Shown piece after piece: positions 47,119 to 63,190 of a stretch of 64,000 nucleotides of DNA. The notes under the pieces were generated by a model. That model made no database searches, was not told the DNA's origin, and saw nothing but the letters and a program-made list of their open reading frames with translations. The position numbers were made by a program, and so were the translations under genes. The DNA comes from the human T2T-CHM13v2.0 reference genome, Homo sapiens. Location: NCBI RefSeq assembly GCF_009914755.1, contig NC_060935.1. One strand, written 5' to 3'. Numbering within the stretch: the first letter of the stretch is position 1; every line of letters starts with the position of its first letter.

Positions 47119-49276
47119 GTAATCCCTTTTTATAGATACGGGGAAACAGAGACCCAGAGAGGTCAAGTAACTTGCCCAGTGCTACACAGTGTGTGGCAGA
47201 GCTGGGCTGTGACTATACAGCTATTTGACAGAATAGGCTAGATCTGCATATACTAAAGTGGTGATATGTCTATGATAACTTATTAAATTAAAGCTGTAAA
47301 GAATAACATATAATATGGTTCCATTTTTAGAAAAAATCTATTATTCTCTATAAACATTATAGGGAAAGATTTAGAAGTATATTCTTTAGACTCTTGACAG
47401 AATTTACCTCTGATGGTTGGGAACTGGCAGAGTCAGGAGATACTTAAAGGTTTTTAGAATTTTATATCATACACATGCTATTTGTATTTTTAAAATGATA
47501 AATGTATAAAGGAAAAGTGGGAGAAAAAGTTAACAGATGTTTACTCTTGTTTCAGATAGAAGGAAGCTTGGTGCTCTCCCTTCCTTCCATTATTGGAGAA
47601 ACCCCTACTTTTTATGGTCCCCCATGTAGTATACTGGCTACTTAGGCAGTAATTACATGTCTGCTTTCTGTAGATAATTTTCTCAAAGCTATGTAAGAAG
47701 AATACTTTATGCAGAATGAATGGAGTTTAACAAGGTGAAATATCATAAGTGAAAATGAAGTCCAAACTGTGCTTGGATTGAGGCATTGTGTCTTAGCTGA
47801 CAGGTGTTCAGTTAGCACTGTGCTAAATGAATGACAATGTGGAATGGCCACTACCAGTGTGAATGTGAGCTCTAGCTGTATAGCATGAGTGGAATATTGA
47901 GAATGTGAGTCAGTCTAATCTCATCATATCAGGAGTCTTGTGTTCAGTTGTGGATGGTATATATAAAGGGATGCAGTCAATGTGAAATTTTTTCCAGATA
48001 GATTGATCAAGAGGATTTAAGGACTTGAAACCATGTCATATAGGGCACGGGTGAAATAATTGAGCAAGTATAGTTTAGTGTTTTGCCAGCTTCTAGCAAT
48101 GCTTGACTGTTGTACTTGCTCAAATGAGTAATGTTAGCTTAATATTGATTGACTGCCAGCTCTATGCCACATCCTGAGCTATCAAGCATTTGGGATACAA
48201 AGATGAAGAGATGTGGACTCTGCCTTTTATGTCTCTGAGTCTAGTAGAGAACACAGAAATGTACACAACTGTTTCCCATACAGCATGATAAATTTAACAG
48301 TAAACCCTAGTACAGGAGCAGCACAGATAAATTAAGATTAACTCTTCCTGCAGTAGTGGGAGATGGGGGATAAAGTCTTCAGAGACAAATGGAATTCTGA
48401 GCTGGGTTTTGAAAAATAAATTTGTTACAGTGAATGAAATGAGAAGATTGACAAAGGATGGTATAACCTTGTTCAAATATTTGAAAAGATGTCATGTATA
48501 AGAAAGACAGAAATTTTTCAGTACAACCTCAGGGGCTCAGAAACCAGTTGGGGTAGAGTACAGGGAGAAAGATTTAGGCTTAATTTTAAAAGTTTTTAAC
48601 AGAGCTGTCCAAAGGCTTTTTTGGAATGCTCAGAGTTACCAGTCCCTGGATGTGTTGATGCAAAGGCAAGTCAACTGTTTGTCAGTGATAGTAGGGAAGG
48701 GGGGGAGTGGAGTCACCCGATGAATAGAGTGACAGTGAAGTGTTTAAAGGCATGGTTTCTAGGATCAGACTTCTTGAGCTGGCACTTCTCCATACTGACT
48801 CTGTGACCTTATCTAGGACTGTTAAGATAACTAACAAAAAAATTGCTCAGAACAGCACCTGGTACACAGTAACTGCTAAATAAGTCACTAAGCTATTGCC
48901 ATTGGATGGGTGGTTAGTTGAGTACTCTTTAAAGTTCCTCCTACCTCGAAAGACTTTGAGTTTCTAATTGTGTAATTGGGTGACAATAGTCATATGAATA
49001 TATGACAATATTCTTATGAATTAAGAAGATAGTAATGAGCAGACTGAAGCAAAAAATAAAATTGTGATAGTTAACAATTCAGCAGCAAAGATATGAATAA
49101 AACTCTGGTCTCTTGAACTAGAGGTCACTGCTCTAGTAACTATCTTGATCTTTGTTTTGGAGCCTTGGAATTTTTCAACCTACCCATCCAGAATATTTTC
49201 AAAGGGGCTGGTATTGCCTGATTCTCTCTAGCTGGTATTTTTCTGTCTTGCAGATACTGTGGCCTCATGAATAGGA

Positions 49277-49412
49277 ATGTCTGCCCATATGTCAGGATTG
49301 GAAATAATGGATGAAGATCAATTAATCAAAGACGTCTTGGATAAATTCCTTAATTGTCATGAGCAAACATATGATGAAGAATTTCTGAACACTTTTACTC
49401 ATCTTTCACAAG
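49277..49412 (+). CDS. IFTAP: Intraflagellar transport associated protein (C11orf74/NWC), first coding exon; the gene continues beyond the window
   Basis: Acceptor tttctgtcttgcAG ends at 49253 and donor CAAG|GTAAAA has GT at 49413. Translation [45 protein letters not shown] matches the C11orf74 N-terminus. Too short for the ORF track. Confidence 0.92.
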
Positions 49413-52400
49413 GTAAAATGGAGAAGTAAACTTTCTGCAGCAATGGAGATAAATAATTTTATTATAAGTGTATGTTTTTGCTGCCTCTTGAGAAAGACTA
49501 TTTAGTGAACATTCATTCCATTCGTTTATCAGGTAATTCTTACTAGGGCACTCGTGACTGATGCCCTAATGTTACTGATGATATAAATACCAGTCTTCAT
49601 ACATCCAAGAGTTGTGTGATGGTGTCAGAACCACAGAATTTGATAACTAAAAATGACTTGAGAAATCATTTAATATAATCCTTTTATTTTTTAAGAAAGC
49701 CAAATGCAAAGAGTGGAGGTTGTTAAAAGCCTACTTTAAAAAATTTCAAAGAGAAATAGTATAGTATAGACTATGGGATTACACTGCACACTTCTGGATC
49801 CTGGGATCACCACTTACTGGCCATGTGATCAGGGGCAGGGGTAGTTTTTGAGTAAAAGAGGAATAATAATAGTACTTCTCTCAAAGGTTGAGAAACGTTA
49901 ATTGAGATAATCCATGTGAAACTCTTAGTGTAGTGACTAATACATAATAAGTACTTACTGAATGTTAGGTATTTGTATTGCTGTTGTGATGCTGCTGCTG
50001 CTGCTACTGCTGTTGTGGTTTCTGTAGAATGGAAACAACCCTTTAGACTGGATGTGATGAGGCCAAACCCATGTTGTGTTTTTCATTATTTGTTTTGTTT
50101 CCCTCATCCAGTGTTATTGCTTATTAATTGAGCCAACATTTGAAAGTTGGGTAATTTTACACGAAAATCTTGATTTGTGTTTTTTTTGGGGGGATCCAGT
50201 GAGAAGATCTGTTACTTCCTCATGGCAATATCAACTAGAGCTCAGGAGCCCTTGCCCAGTGAGCTCCTTAGTTTGTCACGCTCTCTGGCACTCACACAGT
50301 CTAAAAATGTGAGCTTACATTGTCTACTTCATTCATTCAAGTGGCCCCCTAGGCATTTGAGTTGTTATCTTCCTTCTGGGTTCTGCTTCAGATTGCCATC
50401 AGCTTGCTCTCAACCTTGATCCTTTCTGGGTCATTGATCCACATTTTTGAGACCATTGGTTCTCTACCTAGCTACACATTAGACTCACCTGACTCGCTTT
50501 TAGAATGTATTGACATCAGAGCCCACTCTAAAGCTCAGCTAGGATCAAGGGATTCGTATTTTATTAAAAAAACCTCCTCTGGTGCTTCTAATATGTACTC
50601 AAGGGTGAGAACAGGGAGTTCCATAATCTCTGAGGTCATGACACTCTTAAGATACCTGACTTCATGATTTGAGTAATGTGTCCCAAAGAAATGTAAAACA
50701 AGAGTAGTAGTTATAAGGAAATTATAGTTATAATGTATAAATGTAAAAGAAAAGTAGTAGTTATAACGAAAAGAAAATATGATTCTAACCTGTTTCTTTT
50801 ATCAGGCAAGATATAATATAATTGATATCTGTTTTGTTTACACTTAAACAAAAAACATAGATGTGGTGATTTTTGTTTATACTTAATGGAAATGAAAAAT
50901 TTAGGAACTAGCTAGTTAACTTTGACGCTGACTGTGAATGATCTGTTTGGACATAACATGTAGATCAAATTAATCTTGATAATGACCAAATTATCTTTTA
51001 GTCTGTGCACCTGGGTTTAGGAAGATACCTGCTTTGTTCGAGACTAATGATTTAGTTTGTGTTTTCTGGACCCAAACAGCAATATGAATGGCTGTGGTGG
51101 GGTGGTGGAAATAAGGGTAAAATTGGCAGAATTAATGAATTTTGGTATGCTAATGACATTTTGATAATTCACATTATTTTGGAAATCATCTGTAAGGCTG
51201 ACTTTATTTTTGTACCCTAGAAGAATAAAAACTTTTTGCAAGGACTTTGATATATTTAGGGGGTTATAATACATTTACTTTTATGAAAAGGGGTCTTATT
51301 CTGTTTTCGAATTCCAGTATGATCATTGCATGCTGAGAAAGAAACTGTTGCAGATGTGATAACTTCATTTTGGGTTCAGTTTTGGACCCCAAATTGATCT
51401 GAAATAAATGATGATGCAAGTCACATAAACTGCATCTCCAAGCACACTAGTTGTTTTTTTTTTTCTTTCAAAATATCCCTAGGCACCAGTGCACATTATA
51501 AACTAATGACCTGAAAAAATTCCTCTTAAAGCACAGAGTTATGAGTGTAAAAATGTGTCTTAAATCAGTAAGTGTCCTTTTTTCCCTTTAAACATTTAAA
51601 TACCTTCTGAGAAACCAGGACTTAGGGACAGGTCTGAGAGTTGAGTAATAGCCAGCAGAATTGATCAAGGTAAATGTGGTTAGTTCTGTTTAAGAAAGGC
51701 ATTAAAGCTGTATTTCCAAAATTCCTATTTTCCCTGCTTCTTTCCAGGCCCTTCATTTGTCTCAATGTGTTTAGTTGTTTTGTTGATACACACTGAGCCT
51801 TTTCTCTGTTAAAGTAGTTATCACCATGCATACTTATGTACGTTTCTTTAGTAAGTTTAGTTTCTCAAGTCCATTACCATTTCCACTGATTGACTGTTCT
51901 ATTTATTTTTATAATAGTTATACACCAGAATGCTTATGGGATTCATTTTCTTTCTAAGAGTGTTAAAAGGGTCAGTAATCCTATTAAAAATATTTCTCTG
52001 GAAAAAATTAAATTATAGCCTTGTTGAAAGAAATTCTCATTACTGCCTCAGACTCTTGGAAAACATTTGGAAACTGTTAATATTATAGCATAATTCTCAC
52101 TACAGTACATTTATGTTGATTACGTTTTGTGGTTTTTTCTTTTTTAGAGCAACTAGGTTTTTAAACCGTGGTACATGTTTGATAGTAAAGACAATGTTCT
52201 ATCAAAATGTTTAAAGAGACATATTAATTATTAGTTTTAAACGGCCAATTATAAGTGAATTCTCAATAGCACCTTCAGTTCAGGAGGGTAAATCAAATTC
52301 TAAGATATGTATTAGAAAATTAGCATGCAGATTTTTAAAATAATTGGTAAAGACATTGTTATGTTGTTGACATTGTGGACAAAGATAAGCAGCTAAGTTT

Positions 52401-53067
52401 CAATCTTTTGTGTCTCAGTTTCTCTGTGAATGTAACTAATTTATAGGACTTTCTAGAATATCTGTTTAAAAGGAAAAAAAGGCTTCTTTCTTCTTGCCTG
52501 TCATATTGCTATCATGTTTTCTAGGTTATAGAAACACTGATGTGAATACTTATATTTGATTTTTTATTTAATTAATTCATTAATTAATTCTGTGAGTGTC
52601 TTGTTATGGTCCAGATATCATTTTAGGTGCTGAAGATTAAAAAGTAAATAAAATATAGTTTGTGTTCTCAAGCACTCATAATCCAGTGGTAGAGATAAAT
52701 AAGCAAGCAGGAAATTAGACTAATGCATGATAAGTATCACAGTGGAGACTGAGAGCTTATAGGAGGGCCACCCAGCCTGTGTTTGGAGGGACGGCAATAA
52801 AGTCTAGTCATCAGAGGGGCTGCTTGAGATGAGTCTAGGATAACTACTGAACCCAAACTTGCCTTGGGCTTCAAGACATTAAGTAGAACCAGGAAAGTTT
52901 GACAGAAAAGAGCTGAAACTGAAAGATGTTAAAATGCCTCCATTGGTGATGGTTCTTTGGGTCACGGTTGCATTGATTTTAGTACTGATATATCTCTATC
53001 TCCTTTAAACACTACGTCTTCAAGACGAATATGTAGCCTTGTTTTAGTAAAGTTTAGAGTTACTTCT

Positions 53068-55104
<2,037 letters not shown>

Positions 55105-55917
55105 TTAATTGCCTTCCACACCAGGATTACCACATGATCCCATTTGGGAAGCATTTGCTCCTACCTTTTAGAGTGGTAATTACTGCTCATGTTGCTGTCA
55201 CACAGAGATTGTATAATTAAGAAGCCAATGACTTAGAAATTGACATTAAATCTTTTCAACTCCATTTTATGACATACGGTAACTGTCGGGAGTTACAGTA
55301 GTTATTTCCAAATCTCTCTTTCTCTCTCTCACATGCCTAGGATCCAGCTTTCCAAGTGATTCTAGAGTTTTTATATTGCCACATAATAACAGCTTTCTAT
55401 TCACTGCCATAGTTGTCTACTTTAACCTGTTTTCTTCTGTGTAGATCAAAGATTTTATTTCAGATTTTGATATGTAATTTCATTCTTAGTTTTCTTTATG
55501 CTATTCTCATTTCACTTGCAATGCTTTGTGCTTTTAGCATTTTATTGTTCTTTTAACATATCTTTGAAAAAAATTCCTGTCAACTCAACCTCCCTTTTTC
55601 TCTTCATACTTGTTAATATTTGAATTGACTTTCCTATTAGGTAGAACATTGTGTGTCTGAATGTTCAGGACAAATGGCTATGCCTGTGGCTTTATAAATT
55701 GCTGGAGGACTGGCCTTTGATAGTTCCAAACTCTCGGAGTTTCAACACCGTTGAATAGGTTTCAGTTTTTCTCAGATTTTAATAATATTGTATAATCATG
55801 AGATTAATCTATATATACTTAATTCACATTGAGTTATTTAAGGAGCGATGCCAGTGCTTTTCCAGCATTACAAATTTCATGAATGGTGTAGTAACCGTAT
55901 GATTTGTGATCATACAG

Positions 55918-56470
55918 GCCTGCACTGTCCAACACAGTAGCTACTAGCAACATGTAGCTATTGAGTATTGGAAACATGGCCAGTGCTACCCAGGAACAGA
56001 GTTTTAAATTTTAATTACTTTAAATTAATTTAAATTTAAATAAAAAAACTGATATTCAATTCATTTATTAGAAAACTTTAAAAGGTGTTTGGGACAACTT
56101 GGGTAGGTGAATCCGTTTCTTTAAAATGTAAACTTTATGAAATCTAAATACAGATCAAGTATTTCTGATGAAAATTTACTATCTGAATTGAGACATGCCA
56201 TAAGCATAAAACATACACTGGATTTTGGAGACTTGTATAAAAATAGAATGTAAAATATCTCAATATTTTTATATTGACTATATTTGAAATGATAATATTT
56301 TAGAAAATTGATTTAAATAAAATATATCATTAAAAATGATATTACTTTTTATTTGTATATTTATTTGTATATATATTTATTTATTTGTATATTTATTTTT
56401 TTGTATATTTATTTATTTGTATATTTATTTTTAACATGTCTACTTGAAAACTTAAAACCACATATGTAAG
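55918..56470. mobile_element. hAT-Charlie (MER3/MER33/Charlie1-like) remnant
   Basis: Starts gcactgtccaacacagtagctactagcaacatgtagctattgag; AT-rich interior. Confidence 0.55.
56348..56431. repeat. AT-rich tandem repeat (TTTATTTGTATA-like units)
   Basis: About five imperfect copies visible. Confidence 0.8.
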
Positions 56471-56486
56471 CAGCTCTACTATTGAC

Positions 56487-56716
56487 AAGTAGTTCTCAAA
56501 CTTGGCTGAATATCAGGAGACTTTTGTGATGGCAGACTTTTATGAAAGTATAGATTTCCAGGCTTTTGGCTTATTAAATGAAACTATAAACTTTTATATA
56601 AACTTTATATATAAACTTTTGGCTTATTAAATGAAACTATAGCAAGGGGTCTAAAATTTTTATATTCTCAAGGCTCTGTAGGTGATTCTGATGTACCACT
56701 AGTTTTGAGAACCACT
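56487..56716. mobile_element. MER5-like hAT element
   Basis: Inverted ends agtagttctcaaact ... agttttgagaaccactg. Confidence 0.6.
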
Positions 56717-57285
56717 GATTTAGGCTACAGATTCTCATAAGGCAGTCTGTTAAAAAGCAGGACTGTCTGTACTGCTTTAAAATACCAGATAATTGCTTAA
56801 AGTGTGTTTCTGTTTCAATTGTAGAGTTGGCAGAGACTGTCTAGTGCTCTTTATTTTAGATTCATTTATGGATATATTGCTAAGTATTTGTCTCGAGTAA
56901 CTTATTTAATTGCCACCATGATGCAAAGAATTAGCTATTATTCTTCCTTTTTATAGCTCAGGGAACTGAAAGTCATTGTAGATTAAATAATTTGCCTGAG
57001 GTCAGATAGGATTCAAACTCCAGACATCTGACCCTCCTCTGTACAATTATACCTCTCTCAGAGAAACATCTGGGAGTGAGAGATTATTAAAAAACAAGTC
57101 TAATATTACTACTGATAGCAGCTAACATTTATTAAGTTCTAGGGATTAATGCTTAGCTCTTCACATGTATCATCTCGTTTAATCATTATAATGACCTAGT
57201 GAGTTCTTTCGTACATTTTAATTTTTATCATTTTATTATTTTTAACTTACAGATGAGGAAACCAAGGCATAAAGTTAGGTAGCTT

Positions 57286-57452
57286 GCTATTGTGGACTGA
57301 ATTTTGTGCCTCCCAAATTTACATGTTGGAGCCCTAACCCCCAACGTGGACTGTATTTGGAGATAAGGCCTTTAAAGAGATAATTAGGGTTAAATGAGGT
57401 CATAAGGGTGGGCCCCAACCCAGTATGACTGGTGTCCTTATAAGAAGAGATG
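57286..57452 (+). mobile_element. MLT1 LTR 5' fragment
   Basis: tgtggactgaattttgtgcc...tgactggtgtccttataagaagag. Confidence 0.65.
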
Positions 57453-58439
57453 GAGTTAGACTATGGTCCTAATCAGATTTCAAAGCCCACACCCTGAACC
57501 ACTTTGTTCTCTGCCTTCCGTAGGGCATCGGGCAGTTCTTCTCAAGACCTGGGGTCACTGGTGTGTAGATAATATATGCCAACAGGAATGGATGTGCTAC
57601 CTCAAAATACACTTACCCTGTCTTCTCTAGAGTATCATCAGCTCCATACAGCTGGTGTCTTGTGGGTTTTCACCACTATTACACTAGTGTCTAAAGCAGT
57701 GCCTGGTGGGGCAGAATGTGTAGATGCTTAAATATTGGTTGAATAAATGCAGTGAAAAGAAAAGAAGAGAATACAGAATGACAGGCTGGCAGACAGGAGG
57801 GCCTTAGGTACAAGCCTGAGGAACACCCACATTTAGTGGATGGCACAGAAGGGAGAGCCTGAGAAGGAGGCTGTGTAATGATGCTCAAGTTTGGATTTTG
57901 ATATACTATGTAATTGGGAACCATAGTAGAATTTTAAAACAAACAAACAAAACCCATTAATACACATTGCTCGTGATTTTGAAAGGTAGAGCAAAGAAGA
58001 AGTAGAGAAACATCTGGAGTCAGGGAGACTAGCTGAGGGCTAAGGAGAAGTACGTTGCTGGAGGTCTGGACTAGGGTAGTTGGGGAGAAAATGGAAAGCA
58101 AAAGGGCCTAGGAGACGCTGCCAGTGAAGGAATGACTGACAGCACTTAGTAACAGGGTACTGGCAGAGGATTAAGGAGAAGAAAGAGTCAAGGAAGAGTC
58201 ACAGGTATTTTGCCTGGGAGATACTGAGGCCCACAGAGGCCAAGTGACTTCTTCAAAGTTACACAGTTCTCATTTCAGGAGTCTTTTAATTTTTTTTTTC
58301 TTTATTGAGCGTTCGTTCTGTCAAGAGCTTAGAATCTTGGGTTGGGATTTGGTTTACATTTCTGGACTGATAAATTTTGAGTTGTCATTTCAGCCAAAAG
58401 AATATCACTACTCATACTTGACAGCTTCTAAAAAATGTA

Positions 58440-59060
58440 ATTAAAAATGAAACCGGTGACAGCACATAAAACAACACATTTCCGAAGTTGACGTATCATC
58501 TTGGTCCCCAAAGCTATTTTGAATTTGAATATTAGCAATGCATCTTTAAATTTCCATGAGGGTGCAAAGAGAGGCTTTTCCCAATCTGAAGAATGAATTT
58601 AAAATCTGCTGTAGAAAAATACCAGAGAGAAAAATATAGAAAGCAGCTGTCCCTCTTACCAATTTCAGAGCAGGAAAGGAATTTCAGTAGAGCATAAAAA
58701 CAGCTTTCTCTCATAAAAGAAAACACAACAAGAAAAATAATCCTTGCTGTGTAGCCTTTTGCAGTTATTTTCTGTCATGTGTTAGATAGAGACCAGAGGG
58801 CTTAACATTGTTTTGATACCCTTGCATCTGGCAGATTGCCTGTCAGAGGAAGTTGGAAACGAACTGACCAGCTTTATGCTTCCAGGTGGCACTGAAGCCA
58901 CATTTTCAGTGCCGTTGTTATCAGTCATTTAATTCCCTACTGAATATTGAGTGGTGTTTTTAGTTCACAGGCCATTTGCAGTGCCTTTCTGTTTCCTTTT
59001 TAACGTTAGCCACATTAAGAAAAAAAAGGCAACTCGGGAAGCGCTTTTGCAAATGTGAAT
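58440..59060. promoter_or_regulatory. Probable Erag B-cell enhancer of the RAG genes
   Basis: About 21 kb 5' of RAG2 exon 1, in an IFTAP intron. E-boxes at 58644, 58776, 58825, 58883, 58973 and 59050; ETS GAGGAAGT 58846-53; Myb CCGTTG 58912-17; Forkhead-like AAAACA runs. Identification is positional plus motif-based. Confidence 0.6.
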
Positions 59061-62000
59061 TTAACAGTAAAGAGAAGATAATTGAAAATATCATGGCAAA
59101 TAGCAATAAACTTACTTTAACTGAAGACATAGGCCATGGGACATAGGCCATGGGGATAATGTTACCTTGAGAGAAATTTGCAGAAGACGTCATATAAGGA
59201 CTTGCTAATAAAAGTAACTAGGCAATTAAAAAAATTAATTAATCTTGCATCCCAAGGGAGCGAGTAAGGAAGCGGTGTTATTTTAAAGCTTTTTATTGAT
59301 GTGTTTTTTAGTATTGCCAAAAAGAATAAAAGTGTAAGAAAAAATGTTGATAGTTTTATATTGAACATAAATTCAGTAACTATGTGTATGTAATCTCTTT
59401 ATCACAACATAACATCAAACATCACATAGAACACTGAAGAAAAAAAATATTGAATGAAGTGAACTAATTTATAGCAGAGTCCTGTGGAGGAAACAGCATC
59501 AGCAGCATTAACCTGTTTTTTCTCTTTGGGGGAACATCTGCAAGCTGTAATTAAGCAATTTTCATTTGTTTCCCTATTTCTTTTGTCATCACTAAATCAC
59601 TACACTTAGGGAACAAATTGACAAATTATGAAACACACAAAAATTGCTGGTTCAATTGCAGAAGGAAATTTCCCCTTTCAAATTATGACAGATTTTGAGC
59701 TGATCAAGCCATTTTGTTTTAGATATATTAGCATAAACCTTCAGCTGAAGTTGTTATAATTCATATTCATTTCAACATGAATATTTGGTTCATAGATAAT
59801 CATTTGTTTTTTGTGACTGCTGGAGTTTACATGTAATTGGATAAGGAAAGAAAATGTATTTAAATGTGCATGACATTTTGAATTATAATCATTAAATTTA
59901 TTTTTGGCAGTGTTTTTAATGCACAGTATTTTGTTCCAATAATTACCTTTTCTAATATGCGTTCTCAGTGAAGACATGGGAATTAAAAATATGTATTTTT
60001 CATACATATAAAAGAATCATTTTCTTTGATTCTTTGAAAAGAATGAAATTGTTTGATTTACTTGAAAAGATACACATCTTTTCAATTTATTTATATTTGA
60101 TATATTTTATGTATACATATAAATTAGAGAGTTGAACTTTTGTAGACAAATGGGATTTTAAACTTTTACAGAATGAAAGAGAACTACTAATAGTTAAATA
60201 AACTTTTAAGGTGGTCATTATCAATCTTTAAATAGCCAATTTAAACAATATTAAGTGGGTGCATATTTGTTTTATATGCATTTCTCTTTAACTTGAGACA
60301 TTATTTTTATTCGTTGTTGCTAAGTGTATCATTACTTGAAGGGAAAGGGTAAATTGTTCCACTCAAAACTGAGGTGGTCATAAGACAGTGTCCTTTGATT
60401 CAATTGAATGGGCATGTTTCAGATCTGAATGGTTTTAGCAAAATGTTCTTTTAGCCGTGAAACAATAATATTTTCTTTGAAATGGTCAGCTAAACCCAAA
60501 GGGATACAAACAGGAAACTTTATTTTAACCAAACTCTTATATGAAAATCAAACCACAATCTGTCTAGTATATGATTTTTAGTGTCTTTTTTTTCCTTAAT
60601 TTGGATTCGTTCCAGAGGAGGTACATTTAAGTGACGCCCATCAGCTTACTCTTCTTGCAGTTCATTGCATCCTTAGCACAGAGAGGAATCATTATATCAT
60701 TTTCATGTGTTTTCCAGACTTAATTTGCCTTTTGCATTCAATTTTGTTGTATATGAACTACTGTTTAGAAGATTGGGGTTGTAGGGAGTCATCTGAGTGT
60801 TGAGTTTAGTCCCTAATTATAGTGTCAATCCAGGTCTTCTTGCTAATGTTGAGGTCATTTCAGTATTGATGATTCCTTCTGTGTTTTAAGCATTGAGCTA
60901 GAATCTGGGAATACTCAGATGAACAAAACAGGGTCCCTACCCTAGAAGAATTCATCAGCTGATATGTCATTCCTATTGCAATCTGCTTATAAAGGATGGT
61001 GTGATTCCCAAATGCTCTAAATGTGTGAAGGCAGAATAGCAATCTATATGTTTATAGATTGTATAGTTAGAGGTTGATTTGGCAAGGCAATATTAACTAT
61101 TTGCATAGTATTGATGAACATCATATCCAGAATATTGCCATTGGTTTTGGGGTCTCAGTTTTAGATTGAATAAACAGCCTATGAGTTAATAAAATAACAA
61201 TAAGAATGATTAGAACAGTGGATTTTCAGACTTTTTCCTTCTTATTTTACTTTAAGCTCTTGTTCTATTTTTTTTTTTTTTTTTGTGAAGGCTCTCCTGG
61301 AGTTTCCTGATAAAATGAGAGAATGTGAAAGACATATATAATTTAAGTCTCCTCTTGAACTGCTCTAATCCAACATGCCAATGTTTGAGTCCTATATTCT
61401 TACAAATGTGTTCAGCAGATGTTATTCTACTTTAGAAAGTTTGAAAACTTCTTCTAAGAAGTATTTACTTTTTAAAAAAGAGGGAAAAATTACTCCTCCT
61501 AACTTTCTCCAGTGTAGGTGAGTTAAAGAGGTTGCCTTAAGTAAATGCAACTTTTTGTGGTAGGCAATAGGACATGATCTTACGGTGAAGGAAAATCTTT
61601 TAGGTTGCAGATATTTAGTTTTATAAATAATTTACTATGTTGCTTTTATAGTTCTCATTTTGTTACGGGCAGGGCCAGTGTAATGGGAAGGGACACTTCA
61701 ATCCTTGGATTCAGAAGACCTGGGTACTAGTCCAGGCATATACTAATTTCTTAAGACCACAGGCCTGTCACTTACTCTCTGAATCTGTAAATCAGGGCTA
61801 ATTCTGCCTGTTTGGTATGTCTCAAATGGTTGTGGTGAGAATCAGATGAAATACACATGAAAGTATTTGGTAAATTTTAAAGACTTACTCATGTGTAAAG
61901 TTTTATGATTGGGGTTCTATTTCTCTGATACGAAAGAGAAAAACATCAAGGTTAAATATGAAAGGAATCTTGAATGTAAATATAAAAAATGTAAAATATT

Positions 62001-63151
62001 GTCTACAGTGTTAGTTGTTTATACCCCATTTCTTGAAGTAGTTAAAACCAACTATGTATAGTACATATTGTATTGTGTACATGTACGTGGTATATTGTAT
62101 GGTGTAAGAGTACAATTCAGGGAATGATCCTACACTGGCCTCTGGTGGATGGATGCAATACTATGTCTCCACACAATCATCAGGCAAATGTATTTACATG
62201 CTTTGACCAAAGATGAAGTATCAGATTCTTCTTTTTAATTATCATTGTTAGATTTTACTTCATGGAATCTTTACTTGGGAATTTTACCTTATGTACAAAT
62301 CACCTGGAAGGTACTTATTAAAAAGTAGATTCCTAGGGATCTTGCCCCAAGATTCAGTAGTTCTACTAGTGTGCAGATCAGAAACTTTGACTTTCAGACC
62401 AGCTTTGAGAAAATACTCTAAATGAAATCTGGGAGGAGTTTAGGGAGATAAATGAATTTTTCAACACTTTTTGTCCATTTTTGTATATATTATATTTTTT
62501 TATGAATAAGGTCTGTAGCTTTCATGAAATTGTGATACTCCCCCCCCCCACTCAAAGCATAAGAACAATTATTTTACTTTAAATATGACATTTTTGTTGA
62601 ATGTCACCATTGTATATTATTTAAAAGGCATTTTGACAGTGAAAAAGGATGATGGGTTATAGGAATAATTTTACTGTGATCTTGCTGATCGCTAATACAG
62701 AGGCTAGGATATTATAGCTTACAGAATTTTAGGGTGGGCTTTAGTTTGGCACATGTTCTGTCCCAAGTCTGAAGGATTGTAGTGCATGTGTCATAGGTCA
62801 AAGCTACTCCATCACAGGGAAATGTCCTTGCTACTTCTGTCTATTGCTGCCAGAACTGTGTTCTCTGTGAGTGTTTTGCCATTAGCAAGTACACAGACAA
62901 GAGACTAGGGAGACCACACAGGCTGTGGAGGCATCTCATTGCCTGTACTTTCAGGAAATGCCCCTCCAATCATTTCGCTGTTTCTGGTAACTTTTCTGTT
63001 GTATATTTCGTACACGAAGGTACTTGGTAGTTTTAAAGACTTACGCAAGAGTAGAATTTTATGATTAGGGTAATTATTTGTGATTTAAAAGAGGGACATC
63101 AAAGTTAAATATTAAGAGAATCTTGACCTACAATAGAAAAAAATGTAAAAT

Positions 63152-63190
63152 TATATATATGTGTGTATATATATGTGTGTATATATATAT
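63152..63190. repeat. (TA)n/(TG)n microsatellite
   Basis: Visible run. Confidence 0.85.

Noticed and set aside
47185-52744. Isolated CACAGTG heptamers at 47185 and 52738
   Set aside because: No nonamer at the proper spacing; such heptamers are expected by chance in 64 kb.
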